A DNA stretch of 34,071 nt from a virus (Duplodnaviria > Heunggongvirae > Uroviricota > Caudoviricetes): positions 1 through 34,071 of the IMG/VR virus record IMGVR_UViG_2721755657_000001. One strand, given 5' to 3'. The translations under genes were made by a program, and so were the position numbers. The notes under the pieces were generated by a model that did not search any database, was not told where the DNA came from, and saw only the letters and a list, made by a program, of their open reading frames with translations. Position 1 is the stretch's first letter; each line of letters begins with the position of its first letter. Positions 8,858 to 18,378 of the stretch are shown here, piece after piece.

Positions 8858-8981
8858 GAGGTGCGTTGCGTTGCATTTTTTTGCATCTTCAAGGATTAAT
8901 TTCTGCATCTTTATTTTGCCAGTACTGATGTGCTTTTAATGGACTCATGCAACTGCATTAAAATCGACCCATGAAGCGGGC

Positions 8982-9000
8982 GGGCGAGGCGGGGAAAGCA
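8982..9000. other. cos site (19-nt cohesive-end sequence)
   Basis: GGCGAGGCGGGGAAAGCAC matches the P2 19-nt cohesive end as I recall it. Lies between the accessory slot and Q, as in P2. Confidence 0.8.
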
Positions 9001-9141
9001 CTGCGCGCTGGCGGTGGTGCTGATTTTATTTTCCAGCGTCTCAGCGCGTCGTGAAGGCGCTTAGTCTGCCCGTTGGGGGTTGGTGTGTCTGCGGGGTGTT
9101 TTGTGCGGTGGTGAGCGAGTGAGGGCGTGATGACGGGGTAT

Positions 9142-9163
9142 AAAAAAGCCGCCCGCAGGCGGC
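9142..9163 (-). terminator. Intrinsic terminator downstream of Q (minus strand)
   Basis: Minus-strand GCCGCC-tgcg-GGCGGC followed by UUUUUU, immediately after the Q stop. Confidence 0.7.
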
Positions 9164-9168
9164 GATGT

Positions 9169-10203
9169 TCAGCCGTTGTCAGTGTCCAGTGAGTAGTTTT
9201 TAAAGCGGATGACCTCCTGACCGAGCCAGCCGTTTATCTCGCGGATCCTGTCCTGTAGCGGGATAAGCTCATTGCGGACAAAGACCTTTGCCACTTTCTC
9301 AATATCACCCAGCGACCCGACGTTCTCCGGCTTGCCGCCCATCAACTGAAAGGGGATGCGGTGCGCGTCCAGCAGGTCAGCGGCGCTGGCTTTTTTGATA
9401 TTAAAAAAATCGTCCTTCGTTGCCACTTCACTGAGCGGGATAATTTTGATGCCGTCGGCTTTCCCCTGTGGGGCATAGAGAAACAGATTTTTAAAGTTGT
9501 TGCGGCCTTTCGACTTCACCATGTTTTCGCGGAGCATTTCGATATCGTTGCGATCCTGCACGGCATCAGTGACGTACATGATGTATCCGGCATGAGCGCC
9601 GTTTTCGTAATACTTGCGGCGGAACAGTGTGGCTGATTCATTCAGCCAGGCAGAATTAAGGGCGCTGAGATATTCCGGCAGGCCGTACAGCTCCTGATTG
9701 ATATCCGGCTCCAGCAGGTGAAACACGGAGCCGGGCGTGAAGGCTGTCGGCTCGTTGAAGGACGGCACCCACCAGTAAACATCCTCCTCCACGCCACGGC
9801 GGGTATATTTTGCCGGTGAGGTTTCCAGTCTGATGACCTTACCGGTGGTGCTGTAACGCTTTTCCAGAAACGCATTACCGAACACCAGAAAATCCAGCAC
9901 AAAGCGGCTGAAATCCTGTTGCGAAAGCCACGGATGCGGGATAAATGTCGAGGCCAGAATATTGCGTTTAACGTAAATCGGTGAGCTGTGATGCACGGCA
10001 GCACGCAGGCTTTTCGCCAGACCGGTAAAGCTGACCGGCGGCTCATACCATCTGCCGTTACTGATGCACTCGACGTAATCCAGAATGTCACGGCGGTCGA
10101 GTACCGGCACCGGCTCACCAAAGGTGAAAGCCTCCATTTTCGGGGCGCTGGCGGTCATTTTTTTTGCCTCAGGTTGCGGTGTTTTCCCTTTTTTCTTGCT
10201 CAT
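9169..10203 (-). CDS. Q: Portal protein
   Basis: 344-aa ORF in the P2 Q position and orientation, divergent from O. Overlaps the start of terminase P. Confidence 0.9.
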   Translation of the reverse strand: MSKKKGKTPQPEAKKMTASAPKMEAFTFGEPVPVLDRRDILDYVECISNGRWYEPPVSFTGLAKSLRAAVHHSSPIYVKRNILASTFIPHPWLSQQDFSRFVLDFLVFGNAFLEKRYSTTGKVIRLETSPAKYTRRGVEEDVYWWVPSFNEPTAFTPGSVFHLLEPDINQELYGLPEYLSALNSAWLNESATLFRRKYYENGAHAGYIMYVTDAVQDRNDIEMLRENMVKSKGRNNFKNLFLYAPQGKADGIKIIPLSEVATKDDFFNIKKASAADLLDAHRIPFQLMGGKPENVGSLGDIEKVAKVFVRNELIPLQDRIREINGWLGQEVIRFKNYSLDTDNG

Positions 10204-11975
10204 CAGTAAAACTCCAGAATGGTGGATGTCAGTGGGGTGCTGATACCGGCGGTGAGTGGCTCATTTAACAGGGCGTGCATGGTCGCCCAGGCGAGGTCGG
10301 CGTGGCTGGCTTCCTCGCTGCGGCTGGCCTCATAGGTGGCGCTGCGTCCGCTGCTGGTCATGGTCTTGCGGATAGCCATAAACGAGCTGGTGATGTCGGT
10401 GGCGCTGACGTCATATTCCAGACAGCCACGGCGGATGACGTCTTTTGCCTTGAGCACCATTGCGGTTTTCATTTCCGGCGTGTAGCGGATATCGCGCGCG
10501 GCGGGATAGAACGAGCGAACGAGCTGGAACACGCCGACACCGAGGCCGGTGGCATCAATTCCGATGTATTCGACGTTGTATTTTTCGGTGAGTTTGCGGA
10601 TGGATTCAGCCTGGGTGGCAAAGTCCATGCCTTTCCACTGGTGACGCTCAAGTATTCTGAATTTGCCACCGGCCACCACCGGCGGTGCCAGTACCACGCA
10701 TCCGGCGCTGTCGCCACGGTGTGACGGGTCGTAACCAATCCATACCGGGCGGGATCCGAACGGATTGGCGGCAAACGGCGCATAGTCTTCCCATTCTTCC
10801 AGCGTGTCGACCATGCAGCGTTGCAGCTCCTCGAACGGGAACACCGACGCCTTGTCGTCAACAAATTCACACATGAACAGGTTTTTAAAATCGTCGGCGC
10901 TGTTTTCGCGTTTAAGCTGCTCAATGTCGAACAGCGTGCAGCCACCTTTCAGGGCGTCCTCAATGGTGACAATCTGCCGCCACTGGCCGTCCGCACAGAG
11001 AAGACCTCCGGCAAGGGCGTTATGACTGACGTCGATTTCCACGCGTTCGGTGGCGCTGGCGCGTCCCCGGTTGAACAGTTCACCCGACCAGAACGGGTAG
11101 GCGTCGTGCGCCAGCGTGGACGGGGTGGAGAAATAGGTCGACCGCAGGTGACTCTGTGAGGCCATACCTGATGCCACCTTACGCAGTACCTGAAAATTCG
11201 GGATCCAGAAAATCTCGTCGACGTACAGGTCGCCGTTATGGCTCTGCGCGGTGTTGGAGTTGGTGCCGAGAAAAATCAGTTTTGCGCCGTTATTGCCCAG
11301 GACAATCGGGTCACCGGTCAGGTCAACGTCAACCAGACGGGCAAAGGCGATGATGTATTCGCGGAACACATACGCCTGCGTTTTACTGGCCGACAGAAAA
11401 ATCTGGTTATGACCGGTTTTCAGGGCGCGCAGCAGCGCCTCGCGGGAAAAATAAAACGTCGCGCCAATCTGGCGGGATTTCAGGATATCGCGGATGCGGT
11501 GCTCAAGCCCGGCGCGATACCAGTGCAACTGATATTCGAAAGACTGCTCAAAGAAAATCTGCTCCAGCTTTTCGATAGCCTCGTCGCTGAAAAAATTCTT
11601 TTTCGGTTTGCGTCGCCCGCCTTTGTTGCGGTTAGCGATGTTCGGATTAAGGTCTGCCTCGTTGCCGGTCTGGTTGTAGCGGTTTACCCGTGCCAGTCGT
11701 TCAATCTGGCGTCCGAGCAGGTCAATTTCCTTGAAGTCACCGCCGGTTTTCTGCGGTTTGATAATGAGCTGGGTCAGCCGCGCTTCCAGACTCATTTCGA
11801 CACGGCTGATGGGGGCAACGCTGTCCCAGCCGTCGCGCTGTTTCCAGCTCTGCACCGTCGGGCGTTTCATCTGCAACATGGCGGCAATCTGCGGCACGGA
11901 AAACCCCTGCCAGTACAGCAGCGCCGCCTGACGACGCGGGTCGTGCAAAAGAGTGGTGTCTGTGGTGATGGTCAT
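10203..11975 (-). CDS. P: Terminase large (ATPase) subunit
   Basis: 590-aa product from the ATG at 11975 (MTITTDTTLLHD...), within ORF 10203..12005. P2 P position and orientation. Confidence 0.9.
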   Translation of the reverse strand: MTITTDTTLLHDPRRQAALLYWQGFSVPQIAAMLQMKRPTVQSWKQRDGWDSVAPISRVEMSLEARLTQLIIKPQKTGGDFKEIDLLGRQIERLARVNRYNQTGNEADLNPNIANRNKGGRRKPKKNFFSDEAIEKLEQIFFEQSFEYQLHWYRAGLEHRIRDILKSRQIGATFYFSREALLRALKTGHNQIFLSASKTQAYVFREYIIAFARLVDVDLTGDPIVLGNNGAKLIFLGTNSNTAQSHNGDLYVDEIFWIPNFQVLRKVASGMASQSHLRSTYFSTPSTLAHDAYPFWSGELFNRGRASATERVEIDVSHNALAGGLLCADGQWRQIVTIEDALKGGCTLFDIEQLKRENSADDFKNLFMCEFVDDKASVFPFEELQRCMVDTLEEWEDYAPFAANPFGSRPVWIGYDPSHRGDSAGCVVLAPPVVAGGKFRILERHQWKGMDFATQAESIRKLTEKYNVEYIGIDATGLGVGVFQLVRSFYPAARDIRYTPEMKTAMVLKAKDVIRRGCLEYDVSATDITSSFMAIRKTMTSSGRSATYEASRSEEASHADLAWATMHALLNEPLTAGISTPLTSTILEFY

Positions 11976-12148
11976 GAATACCTCGCCGTGATGAATACAC
12001 GGCAAGGCTACTGAGTCGCGCCCCGCGATTCGCTAAGGTGCTGTTGTGTCAGTGATAAGCCATCCGGGACTGATGGCGGAGGATGCGCATCGTCGGGAAA
12101 CTGATGCCGACATGTGACTCCTCTAATCACTATTCAGGGCTCCTGACA

Positions 12149-13003
12149 ATGGCAAAAAAAGTCTCAAAATTCTTTCGTATCGGCGTTGAGGGTGACACCT
12201 GTGACGGGCGTGTCATCAGTGCGCAGGATATTCAGGAAATGGCCGAAACCTTTGACCCGCGAGTCTATGGTTGCCGCATTAACATGGAACATCTGCGCGG
12301 CATCCTGCCTGACGGCATTTTTAAACGTTATGGCGATGTGGTCGAACTGAAGGCCGAAAAGATTGACGATGATTCGGCGCTGAAAGGCAAATGGGCGCTG
12401 TTTGCGAAAATCACCCCGACCGATGACCTTATCGCGATGAACAAGGCCGCGCAGAAGGTCTATACCTCAATGGAAATTCAGCCGAACTTTGCCAACACCG
12501 GCAAATGTTATCTGGTGGGGCTGGCCGTCACCGATGACCCGGCAAGCCTCGGCACGGAATACCTGGAATTCTGCCGCACGGCAAAACACAACCCCCTGAA
12601 CCGCTTCAAATTAAGCCCTGAAAACCTGATTTCAGTGGCAACGCCTGTTGAGCTGGAATTTGAAGACCTGCCTGAAACCGTGTTCACCGCCCTGACCGAA
12701 AAGGTGAAATCCATTTTTGGCCGCAAACAGGCCAGCGATGACGCCCGTCTGAATGATGTGCATGAAGCGGTGACCGCTGTTGCTGAACATGTGCAGGAAA
12801 AACTGAGTGCCACTGAGCAGCGCCTCGCTGAGATGGAAACCGCTTTTTCCGCACTTAAGCAGGATGTGACTGACAGGGCGGATGAAACCAGCCAGGCATT
12901 CACCCGCCTGAAAAACAGTCTCGACAGCACCGAAAGTCTGACCCAGCAGCGCCGCAGCAAGGCCACCGGCGGTGGCGGTGATGCCCTGATGACGAACTGC
13001 TGA
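12149..13003 (+). CDS. O: Capsid scaffolding protein
   Basis: ATG at 12149 (MAKKVSKFFRIGVEGD...), within ORF 12083..13003. Divergent from P as in P2. Confidence 0.9.
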   Translation: MAKKVSKFFRIGVEGDTCDGRVISAQDIQEMAETFDPRVYGCRINMEHLRGILPDGIFKRYGDVVELKAEKIDDDSALKGKWALFAKITPTDDLIAMNKAAQKVYTSMEIQPNFANTGKCYLVGLAVTDDPASLGTEYLEFCRTAKHNPLNRFKLSPENLISVATPVELEFEDLPETVFTALTEKVKSIFGRKQASDDARLNDVHEAVTAVAEHVQEKLSATEQRLAEMETAFSALKQDVTDRADETSQAFTRLKNSLDSTESLTQQRRSKATGGGGDALMTNC

Positions 13004-13061
13004 CCGGCGTCAGTCAGTCCGGGAAAACCTTCACGATTAACCCTTAATTTCAGGAAAAACT

Positions 13062-14135
13062 ATGCGCCAGGAAACCCGCTTTAAATTTAATGCCTACCTG
13101 TCCCGTGTTGCCGAACTGAACGGCATCGACGCCGGTGATGTGTCGAAAAAATTCACCGTTGAACCGTCGGTCACCCAGACCCTGATGAACACCATGCAGG
13201 AGTCCTCTGACTTTCTGACCCGCATCAATATTGTGCCGGTCAGCGAAATGAAAGGGGAAAAAATTGGTATTGGTGTCACCGGCTCCATCGCCAGCACCAC
13301 CGACACCGCCGGTGGCACCGAGCGTCAGCCGAAGGACTTCTCGAAGCTGGCGTCAAACAAGTACGAATGCGACCAGATTAACTTCGATTTTTATATCCGC
13401 TACAAAACGCTTGACCTGTGGGCGCGTTATCAGGATTTCCAGCTCCGTGTCCGTAACGCCATTATCAAACGCCAGTCCCTTGATTTAATCATGGCCGGTT
13501 TTAACGGCGTGAGGCGTGCCGAAACCTCTGACCGCAGCAGCAATCCGATGCTGCAGGATGTGGCGGTCGGCTGGCTGCAGAAATACCGCAATGAAGCCCC
13601 GGCGCGCGTGATGAGCAAGGTCACTGACGAGGAAGGTCACACGACCTCTGAGGTCATCCGCGTGGGTAAGGGCGGTGATTATGCCAGCCTCGATGCACTG
13701 GTGATGGATGCGACCAACAACCTGATTGAGCCGTGGTATCAGGAAGACCCTGACCTTGTGGTGATTGTGGGGCGTCAGCTACTGGCGGACAAGTATTTCC
13801 CCATCGTCAACAAGGAGCAGGACAACAGCGAAATGCTGGCCGCTGACGTTATCATCAGCCAGAAACGCATCGGCAACCTGCCGGCGGTACGCGTCCCGTA
13901 CTTCCCGGCGGATGCGATGCTCATCACGAAGCTGGAAAACCTGTCCATCTACTACATGGATGACAGCCATCGCCGCGTGATTGTGGAAAACCCGAAACTC
14001 GACCGCGTGGAGAACTACGAGTCAATGAACATTGATTACGTGGTGGAAGACTATGCCGCCGGTTGTCTGGTGGAAAAAATTAAGGTCGGTGACTTCTCCA
14101 CACCGGCTAAAGCGACCGCAGAGCCGGGAGCGTAA
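13062..14135 (+). CDS. N: Major capsid protein
   Basis: 357-aa ORF after O, AGGA SD. P2 gpN position. Confidence 0.92.
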   Translation: MRQETRFKFNAYLSRVAELNGIDAGDVSKKFTVEPSVTQTLMNTMQESSDFLTRINIVPVSEMKGEKIGIGVTGSIASTTDTAGGTERQPKDFSKLASNKYECDQINFDFYIRYKTLDLWARYQDFQLRVRNAIIKRQSLDLIMAGFNGVRRAETSDRSSNPMLQDVAVGWLQKYRNEAPARVMSKVTDEEGHTTSEVIRVGKGGDYASLDALVMDATNNLIEPWYQEDPDLVVIVGRQLLADKYFPIVNKEQDNSEMLAADVIISQKRIGNLPAVRVPYFPADAMLITKLENLSIYYMDDSHRRVIVENPKLDRVENYESMNIDYVVEDYAAGCLVEKIKVGDFSTPAKATAEPGA

Positions 14136-14138
14136 CCG

Positions 14139-14882
14139 ATGACGAGTCCCGCACAGCGCCACATGATGCGGGTCTCGGCAGCGATGACCGCGCAGCGGGA
14201 AGCCGCCCCGCTGCGACATGCAACTGTCTATGAGCAGATGCTGGTTAAGCTCGCCGCAGACCAGCGCACACTGAAAGCGATTTATTCAAAAGAGCTGAAG
14301 GCTGCGAAAAAACGCGAACTGCTGCCGTTCTGGTTGCCGTGGGTGAACGGCGTGCTGGAGCAGGGCAAAGGTGCACAGGATGACATTCTGATGACGGTCA
14401 TGCTGTGGCGTCTGGATACCGGCGATATTGCCGGTGCGCTGGAGATTGCCCGTTATGCCCTGAAGTACGGTCTGACCATGCCGGGTAAACACCGCCGTAC
14501 CCCGCCGTACATGTTCACCGAGGAGGTGGCGCTCGCGGCCATGCGCGCTCACGCTGCCGGTGAGTCTGTGGAACCCCGCCTGCTGACGGACACCCTTGAA
14601 CTGACCGCCACGGCTGACATGCCTGATGAAGTGCGCGCAAAGCTGCACAAAATCACCGGTCTGTTTCTGCGTGACGCTGGTGATGCCGCCGGTGCGCTGG
14701 CTCACCTGCAACGTGCGACACAGCTCGACTGTCAGGCAGGCGTCAAAAAAGAGATTGAACGACTGGAGCGGGAACTGAAACCGAAGCCGGAGCCGCAGCC
14801 AAAAGCGGCCACCCGCGCCCCGCGTAAGACCCGGAGTGCGACACCGGCAAAACGTGGACGCCCGAAAAAGAAAGCCAGTTAA
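14139..14882 (+). CDS. M: Terminase small/endonuclease subunit
   Basis: 247-aa ORF after N, with basic Lys/Arg/Pro-rich C-terminus. P2 gpM position. Confidence 0.88.
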   Translation: MTSPAQRHMMRVSAAMTAQREAAPLRHATVYEQMLVKLAADQRTLKAIYSKELKAAKKRELLPFWLPWVNGVLEQGKGAQDDILMTVMLWRLDTGDIAGALEIARYALKYGLTMPGKHRRTPPYMFTEEVALAAMRAHAAGESVEPRLLTDTLELTATADMPDEVRAKLHKITGLFLRDAGDAAGALAHLQRATQLDCQAGVKKEIERLERELKPKPEPQPKAATRAPRKTRSATPAKRGRPKKKAS

Positions 14883-14981
14883 CAACCGAATGCGCCCCGC
14901 GCCAGGGCGGCACGCCGGTCAGTGAGGGTGAATCACCTGACACTGCACCGGCGTCCACCGCCCGACTTTTCAGAGGTAGTC

Positions 14982-15491
14982 ATGATGACGCTGATTATTC
15001 CGCGAAAGGAGGCTCCCGTGTCCGGTGAGGGTACGGTGGTCATCCCGCAACCGGCAGGCGACGAGCCGGTGATTAAAAACACGTTCTTTTTTCCCGATAT
15101 CGACCCGAAGCGCGTCCGGGAACGTATGCGCCTTGAGCAGACCGTCGCCCCCGCCCGTCTGCGTGAGGCCATCAAGTCAGGCATGGCGGAGACGAATGCG
15201 GAGCTGTACGAGTACCGCGAACAGAAAATTGCCGCCGGTTTTACGTGTCTGGCGGACGTTCCGGCGGACGACATCGACGGTGAAAGCATCAAAGTTTTTT
15301 ACTACGAGCGCGCCGTGTGTGCGATGGCGACCGCGTCGCTTTATGAGCGTTATCGCGGCGTGGATGCCAGTGCGAAAGGCGACAAGAAGGCTGACAGCAT
15401 TGACAGCACCATTGATGAACTGTGGCGGGATATGCGCTGGGCGGTGGCGCGTATCCAGGACAAGCCGCGCTGCATCGTGAGTCAAATCTGA
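14982..15491 (+). CDS. L: Head completion/stabilisation protein
   Basis: ATG at 14982 (GAGG SD upstream), within ORF 14922..15491. P2 gpL position. Confidence 0.85.
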   Translation: MMTLIIPRKEAPVSGEGTVVIPQPAGDEPVIKNTFFFPDIDPKRVRERMRLEQTVAPARLREAIKSGMAETNAELYEYREQKIAAGFTCLADVPADDIDGESIKVFYYERAVCAMATASLYERYRGVDASAKGDKKADSIDSTIDELWRDMRWAVARIQDKPRCIVSQI

Positions 15492-15694
15492 TGAAGACCT
15501 TTGCGCTACAGGGCGACACGCTCGACGCCATCTGTGTCCGGTATTACGGGCGCACTGAGGGCGTGGTCGAAGCCGTGCTCGCCGCAAATCCGGGACTGGC
15601 TGAACTGGGCGCGGTGCTGCCGCACGGCACCGCCGTCGAACTGCCCGACGTTCAGACCGCGCCCGTGGCTGAAACTGTCAATCTGTGGGAGTAA
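15491..15694 (+). CDS. X: Tail protein X (LysM-like)
   Basis: 67-aa product from the ATG at 15491 (MKTFALQGDTLDAICVRYYGRTEGVVEAVLAANPGLAELG...), within ORF 15422..15694. Confidence 0.85.
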   Translation: MKTFALQGDTLDAICVRYYGRTEGVVEAVLAANPGLAELGAVLPHGTAVELPDVQTAPVAETVNLWE

Positions 15695-15697
15695 CGC

Positions 15698-15979
15698 ATG
15701 ACAGCAGAAGAAAAAAGCGTCCTGTCGCTTTTCATGATTGGAGTGCTGATTGTTGTCGGCAAGGTGCTTGCCGGTGGTGAACCCATCACCCCGCGTCTGT
15801 TTATCGGGCGCATGTTGCTCGGTGGTTTTGTCTCGATGGTTGCCGGTGTTGTTCTGGTGCAGTTTCCTGACCTGTCACTGCCTGCGGTGTGCGGTATCGG
15901 CTCCATGCTGGGTATCGCCGGTTATCAGGTGATTGAGATTGCCATTCAGCGCCGCTTTAAGGGCAGGGGGAAACAGTAA
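15698..15979 (+). CDS. Y: Holin
   Basis: 93 aa with hydrophobic helices and charged C-terminus (RRFKGRGKQ). Immediately upstream of the endolysin. Confidence 0.88.
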   Translation: MTAEEKSVLSLFMIGVLIVVGKVLAGGEPITPRLFIGRMLLGGFVSMVAGVVLVQFPDLSLPAVCGIGSMLGIAGYQVIEIAIQRRFKGRGKQ

Positions 15980-16476
15980 TGCCGGTAATTAACACGCATC
16001 AGAATATCGCGGCCTTTCTCGACATGCTGGCAGTGTCCGAAGGGACGGCGAATCATCCGCTGACGAAAAACCGGGGCTATGACGTGATAGTCACCGGACT
16101 GGACGGGAAGCCGGAAATTTTCACCGACTACAGTGACCACCCGTTCGCGCATGGCCGACCGGCGAAGGTGTTTAACTGTCGCGGTGAAAAATCCACGGCC
16201 TCCGGTCGCTATCAGCAGCTTTACCTGTTCTGGCCGCATTACCGCAAACAGCTTGCCCTGCCGGATTTCAGTCCGTTGTCACAGGACAGACTCGCCATTC
16301 AGTTGATCCGCGAACGCGGTGCGCTGGATGACATCCGGGCGGGACGCATTGAGCGCGCCATTTCACGCTGTCGCAATATCTGGGCGTCCCTGCCGGGTGC
16401 CGGTTACGGTCAGCGTGAGCATTCACTGGAAAAACTGGTCACCGTCTGGCGTACCGCTGGCGGCGTACCGGCTTAA
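15979..16476 (+). CDS. K: Endolysin (lysozyme)
   Basis: 165-aa ORF with TAATG overlap with the holin. P2 gpK position. Confidence 0.9.
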   Translation: MPVINTHQNIAAFLDMLAVSEGTANHPLTKNRGYDVIVTGLDGKPEIFTDYSDHPFAHGRPAKVFNCRGEKSTASGRYQQLYLFWPHYRKQLALPDFSPLSQDRLAIQLIRERGALDDIRAGRIERAISRCRNIWASLPGAGYGQREHSLEKLVTVWRTAGGVPA

Positions 16477-16490
16477 ACGGAGTAAACACC

Positions 16491-16916
16491 ATGAAGAAAT
16501 TATCCCTTTCACTGATGCTGAACGTGTCGCTGGCGCTGATGCTGGCACTGTCCCTGATTTACCCGCAGAGCGTGGCCGTCAGTTTTGTCGCCACCTGGGC
16601 GATTCTTGCGACGGTTATCTGTGTGGTTGCCGGTGGTGTCGGCGTGTATGCCACTGAGTATGTGCTGGAACGCTACGGGCGGGAGCTGCCGCCTGAATCG
16701 CTGGCCGTGAAGATTGTCACGTCGCTGTTTTTGCAGCCGGTGCCGTGGCGCAGACGGGCGGCGGCTCTGGTGGTGATGGTGGCGACGTTTATCTCGCTGG
16801 TCGCTGCCGGGTGGATTTTTACCGCGCTGATTTACCTCGTGGCGTCGGTGTTCTTCCGGCTGATACGTACGGCCTGTCGTCAGCGTTTTGAGGGGCGGGA
16901 ACCATGTCAAAGCTGA
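16491..16916 (+). CDS. lysA: LysA (membrane lysis-timing protein)
   Basis: 141 aa with multiple hydrophobic helices. Follows K as in P2. Confidence 0.85.
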   Translation: MKKLSLSLMLNVSLALMLALSLIYPQSVAVSFVATWAILATVICVVAGGVGVYATEYVLERYGRELPPESLAVKIVTSLFLQPVPWRRRAAALVVMVATFISLVAAGWIFTALIYLVASVFFRLIRTACRQRFEGREPCQS

Positions 16917-17329
16917 TGATTGTGATGGTTGTGTTGTTATCGCTGGCGGTGGCGGGGCTGTTTCTGGCGAAGCATGAAAACGCCAGCCTGCGCGCCTCGC
17001 TGGACAGGGTGAACAACGTCGCCAGTGAACAGCAGACGACCATCACCATGCTGAAAAATCAGCTTCATGTTGCCCTCACCAGGGCAGACAAAAACGAGCT
17101 GGCGCAGGTGGCACTGCGTCAGGAACTGGAGAACGCCGCGAAGCGTGAAGCACAGCGCGAGAAAACCATCACGAGGTTACTTAATGAAAACGAAGATTTT
17201 CGCCGCTGGTATGGTGCTGACCTGCCTGATGCTGTGCGCCGGTTGCACCAGCGCCCCGCCTGCACTGACGCCAGTGATTGTCCACAACGCCTGCCCGAAA
17301 GTGAGCCTTTGCCCGATGCCGGGCAGTGA
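16904..17329 (+). CDS. lysB: LysB (Rz-like inner-membrane spanin)
   Basis: 141 aa with N-terminal TM (IVMVVLLSLAVAGLFLA) and a coiled-coil-like periplasmic part. Its 3' half overlaps lysC in another frame. Confidence 0.85.
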   Translation: MSKLMIVMVVLLSLAVAGLFLAKHENASLRASLDRVNNVASEQQTTITMLKNQLHVALTRADKNELAQVALRQELENAAKREAQREKTITRLLNENEDFRRWYGADLPDAVRRLHQRPACTDASDCPQRLPESEPLPDAGQ

Positions 17330-17474
17330 CCCGCAGACGAACGGCGATTTAAGTGCTGATATCCGGCAGCTTGAGAACGCGCTGGCACGCTGTGCCAGCC
17401 AGGTAAAAATGATTAAACACTGTCAGGACGTAAACGATGCTCAAACCCGACAGCCTGCGCAGGGCGCTGACTGA
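17184..17474 (+). CDS. lysC: LysC (Rz1-like outer-membrane lipoprotein spanin)
   Basis: ATG at 17184 within ORF 17067..17474. Lipoprotein signal MKTKIFAAGMVLTCLMLCAGC (lipobox LCAGC), Pro-rich mature part. Starts inside lysB and extends past its stop. Confidence 0.8.
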   Translation: MKTKIFAAGMVLTCLMLCAGCTSAPPALTPVIVHNACPKVSLCPMPGSDPQTNGDLSADIRQLENALARCASQVKMIKHCQDVNDAQTRQPAQGAD

Positions 17475-17904
17475 TGCCGTCATGGTGCTGAAAACCAGTC
17501 CCGAGATGCTGCGGATATTCGTGGATAACGGGAGTATTGCCTCCACACTGGCGACGTCGCTGTCATTCGAAAAGCGTTACACGCTCAATGTGATTGTGAC
17601 CGACTTTACCGGTGATTTTGACCTGCTCATCGTGCCGGTGCTGGCGTGGCTGCGGGAAAATCAGCCCGACATCATGACCACTGACGAAGGTCAGAAAAAG
17701 GGCTTCACGTTTTATGCAGACATCAACAATGACAGCAGCTTTGATATCAGCATCAGCCTGATGCTGACCGAGCGCACGCTGGTCAGTGAGGTGGACGGCG
17801 CGCTGCATGTGAAGAATATCCCGGAACCCACGCCGCCGGAGCCGGCCACCCGCCCGATGGAGCTTTATATCAATGGCGAACTGGTGAGCAAGTGGGATGA
17901 ATGA
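17437..17904 (+). CDS. R: Tail completion protein R
   Basis: 155-aa ORF with AGGA SD, in the P2 gpR position. Confidence 0.85.
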   Translation: MLKPDSLRRALTDAVMVLKTSPEMLRIFVDNGSIASTLATSLSFEKRYTLNVIVTDFTGDFDLLIVPVLAWLRENQPDIMTTDEGQKKGFTFYADINNDSSFDISISLMLTERTLVSEVDGALHVKNIPEPTPPEPATRPMELYINGELVSKWDE

Positions 17905-18349
17905 GTTTAAGCGTTTTGAAGACCGGCTGGCGGGACTTATTGAATCGCTGTCACCGTCAGGGCGTCGGCGACTGAGCGCCGAACTGGCGAAACGTCTGCG
18001 TCAGAGTCAGCAGCGTCGGGTGATGGCACAGAAAGCCCCGGACGGCACACCCTACGCGCCACGCCAGCAGCAGAGCGCCAGAAAAAAGACCGGTCGTGTT
18101 AAGCGAAAAATGTTTGCGAAACTTATCACCAGTCGTTTTTTGCATATCCGCGCCAGCCCGGAACAGGCATCAATGGAATTTTACGGCGGGAAGTCGCCGA
18201 AAATCGCCAGTGTGCATCAGTTCGGTCTGTCGGAAGAAACCCGGAAAAACGGTAAGAAAATTGATTATCCGGCGCGTCCTCTGCTCGGCTTTACCGGTGA
18301 GGATGTGCAGATGATTGAAGAGATTATCCTGGCTCACCTTGAGCGTTAG
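17897..18349 (+). CDS. S: Tail completion protein S
   Basis: 150-aa ORF overlapping the R stop. P2 gpS position. Confidence 0.85.
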   Translation: MNEFKRFEDRLAGLIESLSPSGRRRLSAELAKRLRQSQQRRVMAQKAPDGTPYAPRQQQSARKKTGRVKRKMFAKLITSRFLHIRASPEQASMEFYGGKSPKIASVHQFGLSEETRKNGKKIDYPARPLLGFTGEDVQMIEEIILAHLER

Positions 18350-18378
18350 TTTTATCCAGGCAGAGGCTGATGCGCAAT

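Noticed and set aside
9642-10121. 159-aa minus-strand ORF inside the portal gene in another frame
   Set aside because: Alternative frame of the Q coding region; Cys/Arg/Trp-rich composition typical of out-of-frame translation of GC-rich DNA.
11238-12014. 258-aa ORF on the plus strand antisense to terminase P
   Set aside because: Lies entirely inside a well-supported gene in GC-rich DNA, where long antisense open frames arise by chance; no SD or independent context.
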